64,000 nt of DNA from a virus (IMGVR_UViG_3300035034_001213:1-64000); one strand, 5' to 3'. Counted from the first letter of the stretch, positions 38,199-47,328 are shown. Numbers and translations are program-made. The notes: a model not told the origin generated them from the letters alone.

Positions 38199-39293
38199 AT
38201 GCCTTCGACATGGCGACTTCAAGTCATTAAAGACAACCTGTTATTACAACTGATCAACTACCATCATCTAACGATTGATGACTTGGTGGAACGTCATCTG
38301 GTATCTAAGACTCGGCTGTACGAGCACTTTCGAGACGTCTTTCGTACAACCCCCGGTGCTTGGCGTAAACGGTATTGGCGTGGGTGTCATTGGGCAGCTC
38401 GCTTCTACTACAACGCCTTTGAGTTGACGGTGTGTCACGAGTTCCAAGATCAACGCATCGACGATACGTGTTACATAGACCCGATACTGGACGACGAAGA
38501 CACGCCCATGACGTGGGACGTCATCCGAGTAAAAGCAACGATCGAGGGGCGCGTTCACGATTTTCGAACCAACCGTCCGATCTACGTGGGGCAATGGGAG
38601 GACATCCATTCTTCGGACAACAAGTTCACGCTGTCTATCCGTCTCTCTCGGGGGGGACGACACCCAGTGGTTACGGCGTACCTGAGTTTGGGCGGTCATC
38701 TTAGCGGTCAGATCTCTAAGTCGTACGACCTGGATGTGACGGTGCGTACCCACATGGTTGGGTATGACGTGAATCAGTTAAAGCCTGCTCCTGTGGAACT
38801 GGCTCTACCCAAACCTATCTACATGAAGTTGGTGGATACCGGAGCTGAGTTTGACTTGAACCTAAGATCGGTCTACCTGTTGAAACTGGGCCCACAGACT
38901 TTGATCTTAGGGCTCTATGAAGGGTTAGATGAAACCGACGTGAATCGTCTTCACCCTCAATGGACAATGACGCCGTTAAACAACGCTCTGAGACGAAAGT
39001 TGAGGACGGCGTTCCACACGAGCGAGTACGTGGAGGTCACGATGAGAACCGCTATCGAGATGCAAAAGCGGGTCGGTGCAGTAATGGATCAGATGGTAGG
39101 GGTGCCGGTGTGCTTCTTTAAGAAGAACGATCGGAATTACCTAGTTAAGTTCGACGGAGACTCGGACCTAACCTTGTTGACGAAACTGTATCCTTACATG
39201 GAGTCTTCCCCCACCCGGATTGCTGAGTCGGCCATACCGACCCTAGCCAATCGGTACCAGGCTAAGGTGATTCACTTAAACGACTTATCCTGA
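38199..39293 (+). CDS. Protein with N-terminal AraC-like HTH
   Basis: LTIDDLVERHLVSKTRLYEHFRDVFRTTPGAWRKR; AGGAG RBS. Confidence 0.6.
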   Translation: MPSTWRLQVIKDNLLLQLINYHHLTIDDLVERHLVSKTRLYEHFRDVFRTTPGAWRKRYWRGCHWAARFYYNAFELTVCHEFQDQRIDDTCYIDPILDDEDTPMTWDVIRVKATIEGRVHDFRTNRPIYVGQWEDIHSSDNKFTLSIRLSRGGRHPVVTAYLSLGGHLSGQISKSYDLDVTVRTHMVGYDVNQLKPAPVELALPKPIYMKLVDTGAEFDLNLRSVYLLKLGPQTLILGLYEGLDETDVNRLHPQWTMTPLNNALRRKLRTAFHTSEYVEVTMRTAIEMQKRVGAVMDQMVGVPVCFFKKNDRNYLVKFDGDSDLTLLTKLYPYMESSPTRIAESAIPTLANRYQAKVIHLNDLS

Positions 39294-39310
39294 AAAGCAG
39301 TTAAAACGAC

Positions 39311-39346
39311 ATAAGAGGAGGTCCGAAGGCCTCCTCTATTTTTTTT
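39311..39346. terminator. Bidirectional terminator at the convergence of the accessory and tail blocks
   Basis: AGAGGAGGTC-CGAA-GGCCTCCTCT plus T-run. Confidence 0.85.
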
Positions 39347-39382
39347 GTCTTATCGTTTTAAATCACGATACCTATCTACTCA

Positions 39383-39637
39383 TCACTTGCCCATGATCTC
39401 GTCGTATCGGTTATTCGATTGAACGATGTAAGCCGCTCCGTATTTCAGAGGCGCGTGTTCTCCTGGGTGGACGATGCCTGCCAGTAGAGGCCCTGCCGAA
39501 TACAGGATTACCGGCAAGTCTTCGATCTCTCGACCGGCCAGCCGACACAAGGTCCCATAACTCACGGTTCGGTCGTATTTTACTTTACAATCCACCCCGT
39601 TAATGCTGATGGTCATCTTTACCGTGGGTTCTGACAC
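39383..39637 (-). CDS. Small beta-grasp/ubiquitin-like protein (multi-ubiquitin-domain-like)
   Basis: ISING...VSYGTLCRLAG...ILYSAG...GIVHPGEHAPLKYGAAYIV; GGAGG RBS. Confidence 0.55.
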   Translation of the reverse strand: MSEPTVKMTISINGVDCKVKYDRTVSYGTLCRLAGREIEDLPVILYSAGPLLAGIVHPGEHAPLKYGAAYIVQSNNRYDEIMGK

Positions 39638-39693
39638 AACTTACCTCCACGTTGGTTGATCGTACAAACAAGATATCTTTACGGGCTTTAGAG

Positions 39694-39927
39694 TTAGTCT
39701 CGCCCGGTCAACATGACCGTGTAAGACGCACCTTCCACCAACGGTACATCGTCGCCGCATTTGATGGTTTTTAATTTATCACCCGGATAGAGCGTGCATG
39801 TAACCTTGGGTCGGTATTCTACTGGCTGTACAGCCAGGGTACACAGTTTAGCGTAGTTGATGCTTTCAGCGGATATAATGTCGTGTTTTAGACCATTAAC
39901 GGTAATACCAATGGTTTTCTGTGTCAC
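39694..39927 (-). CDS. Small beta-grasp/ubiquitin-like protein (multi-ubiquitin-domain-like)
   Basis: ITVNG...INYAKLCTLA...KVTCT...IKCGDDVPLVEGASYTVMLTG; apparent paralog of its neighbour. Confidence 0.55.
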   Translation of the reverse strand: MTQKTIGITVNGLKHDIISAESINYAKLCTLAVQPVEYRPKVTCTLYPGDKLKTIKCGDDVPLVEGASYTVMLTGRD

Positions 39928-39943
39928 AGAGTGATTTTTCCTT

Positions 39944-40747
39944 CTAGTTGAGTGTGTGTCTTTCGTAGGCCGCGGCCATTTTTTGGTCGTACTTATTTTT
40001 TGCGTAAGCAGGACCGTTGTACACCCTTGCGAACGTTGGCCAGTCTTTCGACTTCAAGGCCTTCAGTAATCTGGCGTCGGCCAAGATAAACTTAACAAAC
40101 CCATCCAACTGATGGCCTTCATTTGTGGAGTGCTTCTCCACGAAGTCTTGTATTGATGGGTAACCCAAGTTGTCCCAATGGAATCCCATTAACTGATATC
40201 GCCCGTAGGATGCGCTTTCTAAAGCAGCCTCGTCAGACAGCTTTCTAGCTGTCTGTAAGCGCGTCCATTCGTGAGAGCCACCACGGTAGCCCCCAGTGCT
40301 CGTATTGACGATGTCTGGTCTCTCAGAGCGTCCTAGATCCGCTGCCAGAGTCAGTCCCCGACTATTGAGTCGACGATTCATCCAGTGGCGCTCAAACAGC
40401 ACTTTGGGTTGGCCTTCTTTGACAAACCCCCCACCAGAGGACTCCACTTCAGAGACGGCTTTGATGGCTGCGATCTCCACGCCTAACGTGTCGGCTGCGC
40501 GGGCGATGTCCTGTGCGGTTAACTGCCAGGGGTCAACGTGATTTCCTCTGAGTTGTTCCCAGGTCCGTTTACCTGCGATACCATCGTCCAATAGGTTGTT
40601 CGCCTTTTGAAAGCTTACTAACGCTGCGTGGGTACCGGGACCGAAGGCGCCGTCGGCCATTCCAGTAAGAAACCCTTTGTCTCTGAGGAGACGCTGAAGC
40701 TTCATAACGACTTTACCACTAGAACCTATCTTAATCATCCGGGACAT
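39944..40747 (-). CDS. Modular endolysin: peptidoglycan-binding domain plus N-acetylmuramidase (DUF3380-type)
   Basis: DGAFGPGT..LVSFQ..DGIAG..TW; AVSEVESSG, LFERH, SYGRYQLMGFH, FARVYNGPAY. Confidence 0.9.
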   Translation of the reverse strand: MSRMIKIGSSGKVVMKLQRLLRDKGFLTGMADGAFGPGTHAALVSFQKANNLLDDGIAGKRTWEQLRGNHVDPWQLTAQDIARAADTLGVEIAAIKAVSEVESSGGGFVKEGQPKVLFERHWMNRRLNSRGLTLAADLGRSERPDIVNTSTGGYRGGSHEWTRLQTARKLSDEAALESASYGRYQLMGFHWDNLGYPSIQDFVEKHSTNEGHQLDGFVKFILADARLLKALKSKDWPTFARVYNGPAYAKNKYDQKMAAAYERHTLN

Positions 40748-40786
40748 ACATAACACCTACTTAGAACGGATTGTTTAGAAATTTCG

Positions 40787-40818
40787 TAAGAGGAGGGCAT
40801 TTAACCCTCCTCTATATT
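40787..40818. terminator. Hairpin of the AGAGGAGG family
   Basis: AGAGGAGGG-CATTTAA-CCCTCCTCT. Confidence 0.6.
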
Positions 40819-40824
40819 CGGTTT

Positions 40825-41049
40825 TTAGAATGGACTGTTAGCTGGTGTTAACGCGCTGCCTGATGAGAAGCCTGAGCTACTGGTGACAGCCGAGACGTTC
40901 CATCCAGTGCCGTTTGATCGATAGTCGATGACTGGAAGTCTAGGATGGCTTGTTTGTACGCATCGATCGCGGTATTCAGCTCTGTACGCTTGGTATTTAA
41001 GTCTGCAATGGTGCTCGTGCGTTTCCCCAGTCTTTTTAAACGATGTCAT
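40825..41049 (-). CDS. Possible small hypothetical protein
   Basis: 74-aa ORF between two hairpins; weak RBS. Confidence 0.3.
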   Translation of the reverse strand: MTSFKKTGETHEHHCRLKYQAYRAEYRDRCVQTSHPRLPVIDYRSNGTGWNVSAVTSSSGFSSGSALTPANSPF

Positions 41050-41089
41050 AAGATAAAGCCGAAATACAGGAGAGCCTAAGCCCTCCTTT

Positions 41090-41854
41090 TTATTTCGTTG
41101 ATTTAAAGAACGTCTCACCCATCCAACCGATAGGATCGTACTTGTGAAAACGCACGGCCCCAGGTTTCTCATGATGATTGGCGTGCCAACAGTCTCCTAG
41201 AACAAAAGGAAACATCAACACGCTGTTGTGCGGTTCGTCGATGTGGTCTCTACCCCAATTGTGACCCCAAGTATTGGCGAGTGATTGGAGCTGCCAAGTT
41301 AAGGCCACGGGCGCCCAAACTAATGCAAGGGCCCAGACCGGCGGCAATAGAAACAACGCCCCAAAGAAGATAGGGCCGTAGATGTGCCAGTAGTGATTGT
41401 GGAACCACACGTGCCACTTCGATCGAAGAAGTCGTCCTGCGTGTCGGCCGCTGACCTTACGAAACGTGTACCCCAACAACTGAACCGACAACCAATGACT
41501 CCTCGCTGGGCTGTGAGGGTCACCAGAGAGCCCCTGATGCTTGTGGTGAGCATTATGAGTCGCTACCCATCCGAGTGTACTCCCCTGAAGAGACAGGCCG
41601 CCTATGAAGGTCAAGAGCGCTTCTATTGGCCATGGGACGTTGACTGCGTTGTGAGTCAACACCCGATGGTACATGAAACTGATGCCCAACTGACTGATCA
41701 CGTACCCCAACAACAACGACACACCCAACGGGCCCCAGGCACCTTGGATCATCAGTGCCAGAATCGATAGGTGACACAGAACGATCATAGCGTAGTGCAT
41801 CACTCGGTTCATTGGCAGCGTTTCAATGTTCAGCGTTTGTAATAAGGTACTCAT
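41090..41854 (-). CDS. Membrane fatty-acid desaturase (delta-9/DesC-like), copy 6
   Basis: His boxes HRVLTH, HNAHH and GDCWHANHH; DPHSP; TM helices. Confidence 0.9.
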   Translation of the reverse strand: MSTLLQTLNIETLPMNRVMHYAMIVLCHLSILALMIQGAWGPLGVSLLLGYVISQLGISFMYHRVLTHNAVNVPWPIEALLTFIGGLSLQGSTLGWVATHNAHHKHQGLSGDPHSPARSHWLSVQLLGYTFRKVSGRHAGRLLRSKWHVWFHNHYWHIYGPIFFGALFLLPPVWALALVWAPVALTWQLQSLANTWGHNWGRDHIDEPHNSVLMFPFVLGDCWHANHHEKPGAVRFHKYDPIGWMGETFFKSTK

Positions 41855-41881
41855 ACTGCTTCCTCGTTTATAGAGTCGGCC

Positions 41882-42805
41882 TTACAACACCGCAACGTTG
41901 TAGGCTTTCTCAAAGATCTTATCTAGATCGCCGTACCGATCCAGCTGTCGTTTTACGTTCGCCCGGATCTGAGTCACAAAGGCATCGTCCAGATGTTCAG
42001 AAACCATCATCGCTCGATTGTAATACATCCGGTAAGGTATCTGAATGAACAGTCGGTCGATTTTATCAATAGGTAACCATGGGGCTTTCTTACTTGAGAA
42101 ATCCGTGATGGTAGCGTGTAACATACGAACTTGATGTCGCATGCATTGCGACGACGAAAAGATTTCGCACATCACCTCTTCAGGCTTTACCAACATTCGA
42201 CCAAGCAACAGACCCTTCTTCAGATCGCCCATCACCCGATTGAGGTAATGTTTCGGCATACCGCGATCCAAACAGTCACCGCTCATGTAGTGACTCAGAA
42301 GCGTTTCACAGTTCAGGACGTCTCTTAAGACCGTCAGATTGAACACCACGGTACCCATAGAGAAATAGCTACGCGACCGCATGTAACGATCCAAGTACCT
42401 CGGGTCGTATTTAGGGTATGCCTTTCCCCAAGTTGTCAATTCAAACGGGCGATCTGGACGCATAACAACGGCCTGATCTTTAAGGTCCACGTTCGCAATG
42501 TCAAGAAGCGGTCTGTTACACAGAGTCGTCACATTAAACAAAACCATCACCGACTGATCGGTCTGGTTTAAAGCGTGGTCCAACGCCGATACTGAGTTAG
42601 CGTCATTTAACTGAATGTACTCCAGATCGGTGAACGCATTTTCGAGACGCTGACGAGTCAAGACGTCGTCGTAGAAAACCGTGAGAGTCCAACTCGGATT
42701 TTTTCGACGGTAGGTACTGATCGAAACAATCGCTTGATTGATACTTTCCCACGGAACCACAAATCCAGAGATGACCATAGTTCCTCCGTTAGAACGTTCG
42801 TTCAC
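41882..42805 (-). CDS. GT8-like glycosyltransferase (degenerate motifs)
   Basis: AIVSIST, YFSMGTVVFNL, YLN and TDFSSKKAPW align with GT8 motifs, but the DxD is replaced by FNVTTL. Confidence 0.55.
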   Translation of the reverse strand: MNERSNGGTMVISGFVVPWESINQAIVSISTYRRKNPSWTLTVFYDDVLTRQRLENAFTDLEYIQLNDANSVSALDHALNQTDQSVMVLFNVTTLCNRPLLDIANVDLKDQAVVMRPDRPFELTTWGKAYPKYDPRYLDRYMRSRSYFSMGTVVFNLTVLRDVLNCETLLSHYMSGDCLDRGMPKHYLNRVMGDLKKGLLLGRMLVKPEEVMCEIFSSSQCMRHQVRMLHATITDFSSKKAPWLPIDKIDRLFIQIPYRMYYNRAMMVSEHLDDAFVTQIRANVKRQLDRYGDLDKIFEKAYNVAVL

Positions 42806-43082
42806 GTAGCTGAATTTTGAGATCAGTCGTGAAATCGGGTAATTCCGTTATACTCGGTCCCATGTCAAGACCTTTTTCAACCAACGACCTTAACTGCGGT
42901 GTCAGCAGGTTCACGTTAGGAGGCGTCGGCTCAAGCTTTGCAATTTCTGCACGCATTTGATCTACGGGCATTTCTGGATTATCAACGATCGTCTGAGGCA
43001 AAGGATGACTCGATTGCATCCACCCCCAATCCACCAAAACCGTCTGACTTGCCAGATCCAGATCTTTCACTTTGAATTTCAT
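42789..43082 (-). CDS. Hypothetical protein
   Basis: GGAG RBS before MKFKVKDL; overlaps both neighbours. Confidence 0.5.
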   Translation of the reverse strand: MKFKVKDLDLASQTVLVDWGWMQSSHPLPQTIVDNPEMPVDQMRAEIAKLEPTPPNVNLLTPQLRSLVEKGLDMGPSITELPDFTTDLKIQLRERTF

Positions 43083-43956
43083 AAGGCGCTCCAAGTCCTG
43101 ACTTACTTTCGTTAGAATACCGTTGTCGGTGCAGCGTGTCCATCACCTCTAAAACTTGATCCAGTTTGCTAGAGGGGTCGTTAACCCAAACGACCCCACT
43201 GTACGGACTGGCCAACAGACGACAGAGTGCTTCGTAAGGATCGGATTGAATTTTGATGACTTCGTACAACTGCCTATAGATGTTTCTGTTCACGCATTCG
43301 TGTTGGACGTCGATCAACCCTACTGGTTTTTTCATCAACTTACCAAGCAAACCTAGTTCGCTGGCGGACGTACAGTAAACGACCTCAGATCGCCTAAGCA
43401 GATCGTGGCCGCTGACATGATTCCCGTAGACCGCCTCTGGAAAACTCTGTTCGATGCGAATCAACCAATCGTCCAGAGTAATGGGGTGCGGTTTGATCTT
43501 AGCGCCTTTCTTATATAGTTCATACACAAAGTGCCAATCGACCGCATGTTCCAATAGATTAGACCCAGGGAGAAAAATGACCGCTGGGATAGACTCGGTA
43601 TCAAACTGAGGGATCAGTCGATACTTGTCCAAACGCTTGGATAACAGTTCGGTAGGATCGATTGGCGTTACGGTTTGATCGTTGACTCCGTTAATAACGG
43701 ACTCGTACCGCAACGCGTCGTCGCAGTGTGTGATCAACAACGCGTGAGAAAAAAGTTCGGTGTAATGAATGCTCTTGAACTTGGGGTCGTGACTGTAGTA
43801 AACGTCGTAGAGAACTTCCTTATCCGTTTTACGTTCTAACGCCGTTGATAGGTCCACTAAATCGTTCAACTGGTCCGATCGTCCCACCGTACCTGTTTTT
43901 TGAATCTTCGTATACCCATCCCCTAACCGATCGTCAGCAAAGTTAGGTCGTGTCAT
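42982..43956 (-). CDS. GT-B-type protein resembling KpsS/KpsC or sialyltransferase-like CMP-sugar transferases
   Basis: VIFLPGSN, IKPHP and HDLLRRSEVVYCTSASELGL..LMKKPV. Confidence 0.5.
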   Translation of the reverse strand: MTRPNFADDRLGDGYTKIQKTGTVGRSDQLNDLVDLSTALERKTDKEVLYDVYYSHDPKFKSIHYTELFSHALLITHCDDALRYESVINGVNDQTVTPIDPTELLSKRLDKYRLIPQFDTESIPAVIFLPGSNLLEHAVDWHFVYELYKKGAKIKPHPITLDDWLIRIEQSFPEAVYGNHVSGHDLLRRSEVVYCTSASELGLLGKLMKKPVGLIDVQHECVNRNIYRQLYEVIKIQSDPYEALCRLLASPYSGVVWVNDPSSKLDQVLEVMDTLHRQRYSNESKSGLGAPYEIQSERSGSGKSDGFGGLGVDAIESSFASDDR

Positions 43957-43958
43957 AA

Positions 43959-44207
43959 CTAGCTTCCTTCGAGTACGTTCCCCTCAGTTGGGGTAATCCC
44001 ACACTTAGCCAGCTCGTCCTTAACTCTCGCTTCGATCCGAGCGTTCATGGTAGCTTCCAGCTGTTGCATGGTTTGTTCAAGTCGATTGTCGAACGTTGTC
44101 AAATGTTCAAGCAACGCGTCCGTTAAGGTCTCTGCTTTTGTAAGCGCTTGTGTCGCTCGCTCATGAACTGACTGTTCAGATTCATTCTCTATATCCGCCA
44201 TGGTCAA
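43959..44207 (-). CDS. Small coiled-coil protein
   Basis: GAGGA RBS, heptad pattern. Confidence 0.6.
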   Translation of the reverse strand: MTMADIENESEQSVHERATQALTKAETLTDALLEHLTTFDNRLEQTMQQLEATMNARIEARVKDELAKCGITPTEGNVLEGS

Positions 44208-44213
44208 TTCCTC

Positions 44214-44927
44214 TTAGTAAGTATACGTTGTAAGTCTCAAACTGGTCCGCGTCGTGTTAAACGTGGTGTTGATATTAATCGTCGTTGTTGTGTTTCTAGA
44301 CATCGCAGTGTCTCTGGACGTCACTCGATCGGTTATCACTGACGTGGTAATGGTAGTACTGCGGTCAGTTGTTCTCGACGTGGGAACGCTTGTGATTCTC
44401 GACGTCGTTGCGGAGGTTGACCTTGATGTAGTTCGATTAAACCCAGCTGAAACGAGCGTACTGTAGGTCGTGGTTTCGGTGATAGTTCCGCCTTTGCTAT
44501 CGGTGTAACTTGTGCTTCTACTCGTCGTTCTGTACGTTGGGGGAACGGAGGTCGAGAACGACGTTGTGTAGGTTGTCGTAAATGCGGTTGAGTATGAGGA
44601 CGTGTACGAGGTCGTAAATTGTGTGTTTACCGTTGTGTCTCTGAGGGTTGAAAACGAGGTCGTAAACGAGGTCGCTGCCACCCACTCGGTGGTTGTAGTT
44701 TCTGAAACCGACGTTGATCTTGACGTGCTCTGAATAATCGGGACACTGGTGGTGATTGTCCTCTGATAGGTTACCCCGGCTAACATACTGAAGCTGATTG
44801 GGGCAACGCTTGGCAACGCAGGAAACCCACGCCCAAGTAAAGAGGACAATTGGTTACTACTCAGAGTCCCTTGAAACTCAGACACTACGTCGGAAAAGGT
44901 AATGGGGGGAAGTGCCGGTAGAGCCAT
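44214..44927 (-). CDS. Tail-fibre-associated protein with Thr/Ser-rich (mucin-like) domain
   Basis: N-terminus MALP..PITFSDVVSEF...PISFS resembles phage fibre-associated N-domains; about 180 aa of TTSRSTS/FTTSY-type repeats; directly after the tail fibre. Confidence 0.65.
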   Translation of the reverse strand: MALPALPPITFSDVVSEFQGTLSSNQLSSLLGRGFPALPSVAPISFSMLAGVTYQRTITTSVPIIQSTSRSTSVSETTTTEWVAATSFTTSFSTLRDTTVNTQFTTSYTSSYSTAFTTTYTTSFSTSVPPTYRTTSRSTSYTDSKGGTITETTTYSTLVSAGFNRTTSRSTSATTSRITSVPTSRTTDRSTTITTSVITDRVTSRDTAMSRNTTTTININTTFNTTRTSLRLTTYTY

Positions 44928-44970
44928 CGGTCTCTCCTAGGATAAGGGACGTCCGTGTCCATTGACGGCG

Positions 44971-47328
44971 CTATTGACGATTGGTTAGCAAATCAAAGAG
45001 TTGATCAATTTGATTCTGCATCCCAGCCATCTCGACTTTCATCTCATCCAGTTCAGTGGATTTCTCATTGAAACCTTGAACCAATAGAGGTATGATGTCG
45101 GTATACGCCAGTGCTTTCTTATCATCTTCACGGTAACGCAGCAGCTCTGGAAAAACCTCCGCCGCCTCATGCGCCAGGAAACCAAAGCGTACCCGCCGCT
45201 CAGGGTCATCCTTGAAGATGTATTGCTTGGCCAACAGTCGGGTCAATTTCTCACTGACCGGACCAATCGACTCGATCGCTTCTTTTAACGACTCATCTGA
45301 CGAGTAGACAAAGTCCGCTGCCGTGATGATACCGGTAACCGTACTGTCTCCAGACTTCGTCACGTATTGAGAATCGTGATCGCCGCTCGTACGGTGGTCA
45401 TTCATCGCTTTGGCTTGCAAGATAGTCGTTGTCGCACTCGACGTACGTGACGCGGTGGTCGGTTGATTTACTTCAGCACCAGTCTCTATGCCGTTAAGTT
45501 TCGACTTGTCACCGATGCTTTGGAAACCAGCGTCAGTCGTACTGGCCACAGGAACCGTAGCCGCAACGCCAGTCGACGACGTTATTGTTCGGTTATTGCC
45601 TGAGCCCCCAACCGCCAGATCCGTATTCACGTTCACTTCAGCGCCAGCTTCAACGCCGTCCAACTTGGTTTTATCGGACGAAGACATCCAACCTGCCAAG
45701 GTAACCGTTGCACTACCGATGCTGGTATTGCTACCCGTCGACGACGTGATGGTCACTGATCCGGCAGCTCGATTCACCCCCAGATCAGTGCCAACGTTCA
45801 CTTGGGCACCAGCGGCGATTCCGTTAAGTTTCGACTTGTCGCCGATACTCATAAAACCAGCGTCTGTTGTCGTAACAACCGGTACTGCAACGTTACTGCC
45901 GGTGCTGGAGGCGAGCGTTAAGCTGTCGCCGGTTCCCGTCAACGAAAGGTTTGTGTCAACGTTGGGTTGCGCACCAGACTGAACGCTGTTTAACTTGGTT
46001 TTGTCCGCCGAAGTTAAAAGTCCAGCGGCAGCGGTTGTTGCCGAAGGGAGAACAACGTTCGTACCGTTGCTGTTGGTGATTGTAATGGTGCCTGAAGAGA
46101 CCGACTTGTCAAGGTTCGTTGAAACGTTGACTTGTGCTCCGACTTCAACCCCAATTAACTTATCGTAGTTAGCAATCGACATCAAACCCGCTGTGGTGCT
46201 GGACGACACAGGTAACGCGACATTCGACCCGGTGGAAGATACGATAGTCCTGGCGTTGCCACTGCCACCTAAGGACAAGTTTGTGTTGACGTTAACTTGT
46301 GCTCCGGCAGCGATGCCTGAGAGTTTGGTTTTCTCAGCCGCGGTGTAGTCCTCGCTGGACAGTCCTTTACCAGAAATCTTATCGACCTTGCCGTTCAAAG
46401 ACGCGTCGAGTTGGGTCTGCGTGTAATACCGTGCGTCGTGGTCGGCACTCTGGCGGTGGTTGTTCATCCCCGCTGCTTGAAGTACCGATGTGGTACTGGT
46501 ACTGGTTCGAGACGCCGTAGTGGTTGGGTTTACCTGTGCCCCAGCGGCAATGCCCGACAACTTGGTAAATTGAGCGGGGGACATCAACCCTGCGTCGACT
46601 GCATCTGCCAAGTCTAAGACAAACCCAGTACCGTTGCTGTTGGTGATAACGTACGAGGTGGCACTGCGAGTAACCGATAGATTACTATTAATGTTGCTTT
46701 CAGCACCTGGCTGGATGCTGTTTAGCTTAGTCAACAGGGCGTCGGTAAAGTCGTTCTCGGACAAGGCCTTGCCCGTTACCTTATCGACTTTGTCGTTCAA
46801 AGCGGTCCCCAACCCTGAGATTGAGGCGATCGACAGATTGTCTAGGTCTGCCCGGTTGAGCTTGATGTAATCGACAATTTCTTGCAACTCATTCAGCGTT
46901 GTATCGTCACTGTTGATGAGTGCGTTGATTTGATCGACCGCATCTTTAAGAACCTTGCCCTGGGCGGCAGACAGGGGTACGTCTGTGCTGGTGCTGGTGA
47001 GGTTGTCGACGATGGACGAAATATCGACCTTCAAAGCCAAGGCCGCGTCCGCCAGCGTCTTCGTGTAGTATCGAGCGTCGTGGTCGTCGCTGGCGACGTG
47101 ATCAAAAATACCCTTAGCCGTCAACAGACTGCCTTCGCTATTGATGGTTCTCAACGAAGTAATGGCGTTTGGCAATTCACCGAGGCCTACTTGGGCCTTA
47201 GTGACAGCGTGTGGATTCGACGTATCGGCGATGTGCGTGTCTGTTGAGACGAGGAGAGTATCGAGCTTCTCCTTCAATGCAGCAAAGACGGCATCGATCG
47301 ACGACTTAAGCTGAACGTTATCGGTCAT
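44971..47328 (-). CDS. Long tail fibre with C-terminal peptidase S74 intramolecular chaperone
   Basis: NPHAVTKAQVGLG, HDARYYT repeats, AGLMS..DKTKL.GI.AGAQVN repeats, SD..LK..I, GFLAHE..EVFPEL, coiled-coil end. Confidence 0.88.
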   Translation of the reverse strand: MTDNVQLKSSIDAVFAALKEKLDTLLVSTDTHIADTSNPHAVTKAQVGLGELPNAITSLRTINSEGSLLTAKGIFDHVASDDHDARYYTKTLADAALALKVDISSIVDNLTSTSTDVPLSAAQGKVLKDAVDQINALINSDDTTLNELQEIVDYIKLNRADLDNLSIASISGLGTALNDKVDKVTGKALSENDFTDALLTKLNSIQPGAESNINSNLSVTRSATSYVITNSNGTGFVLDLADAVDAGLMSPAQFTKLSGIAAGAQVNPTTTASRTSTSTTSVLQAAGMNNHRQSADHDARYYTQTQLDASLNGKVDKISGKGLSSEDYTAAEKTKLSGIAAGAQVNVNTNLSLGGSGNARTIVSSTGSNVALPVSSSTTAGLMSIANYDKLIGVEVGAQVNVSTNLDKSVSSGTITITNSNGTNVVLPSATTAAAGLLTSADKTKLNSVQSGAQPNVDTNLSLTGTGDSLTLASSTGSNVAVPVVTTTDAGFMSIGDKSKLNGIAAGAQVNVGTDLGVNRAAGSVTITSSTGSNTSIGSATVTLAGWMSSSDKTKLDGVEAGAEVNVNTDLAVGGSGNNRTITSSTGVAATVPVASTTDAGFQSIGDKSKLNGIETGAEVNQPTTASRTSSATTTILQAKAMNDHRTSGDHDSQYVTKSGDSTVTGIITAADFVYSSDESLKEAIESIGPVSEKLTRLLAKQYIFKDDPERRVRFGFLAHEAAEVFPELLRYREDDKKALAYTDIIPLLVQGFNEKSTELDEMKVEMAGMQNQIDQLFDLLTNRQ
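45480..46800 (-). repeat. Roughly 55-aa tandem repeats inside the tail fibre
   Basis: Recurrent AG(L/F/W)MS..DK.KL.GI.AGA.VN; near-identical DNA at 45491-45534 and 45821-45864. Confidence 0.75.

Noticed and set aside
43959-44207. Acyl carrier protein for the ketosynthase/desaturase module
   Set aside because: Right size and acidic, but no DSL-type phosphopantetheine motif; looks like a coiled coil.
44214-47328. Diversity-generating retroelement or invertible tail-fibre cassette
   Set aside because: No reverse transcriptase, recombinase or adenine-specific repeat pair; repeats are ordinary in-frame fibre repeats.
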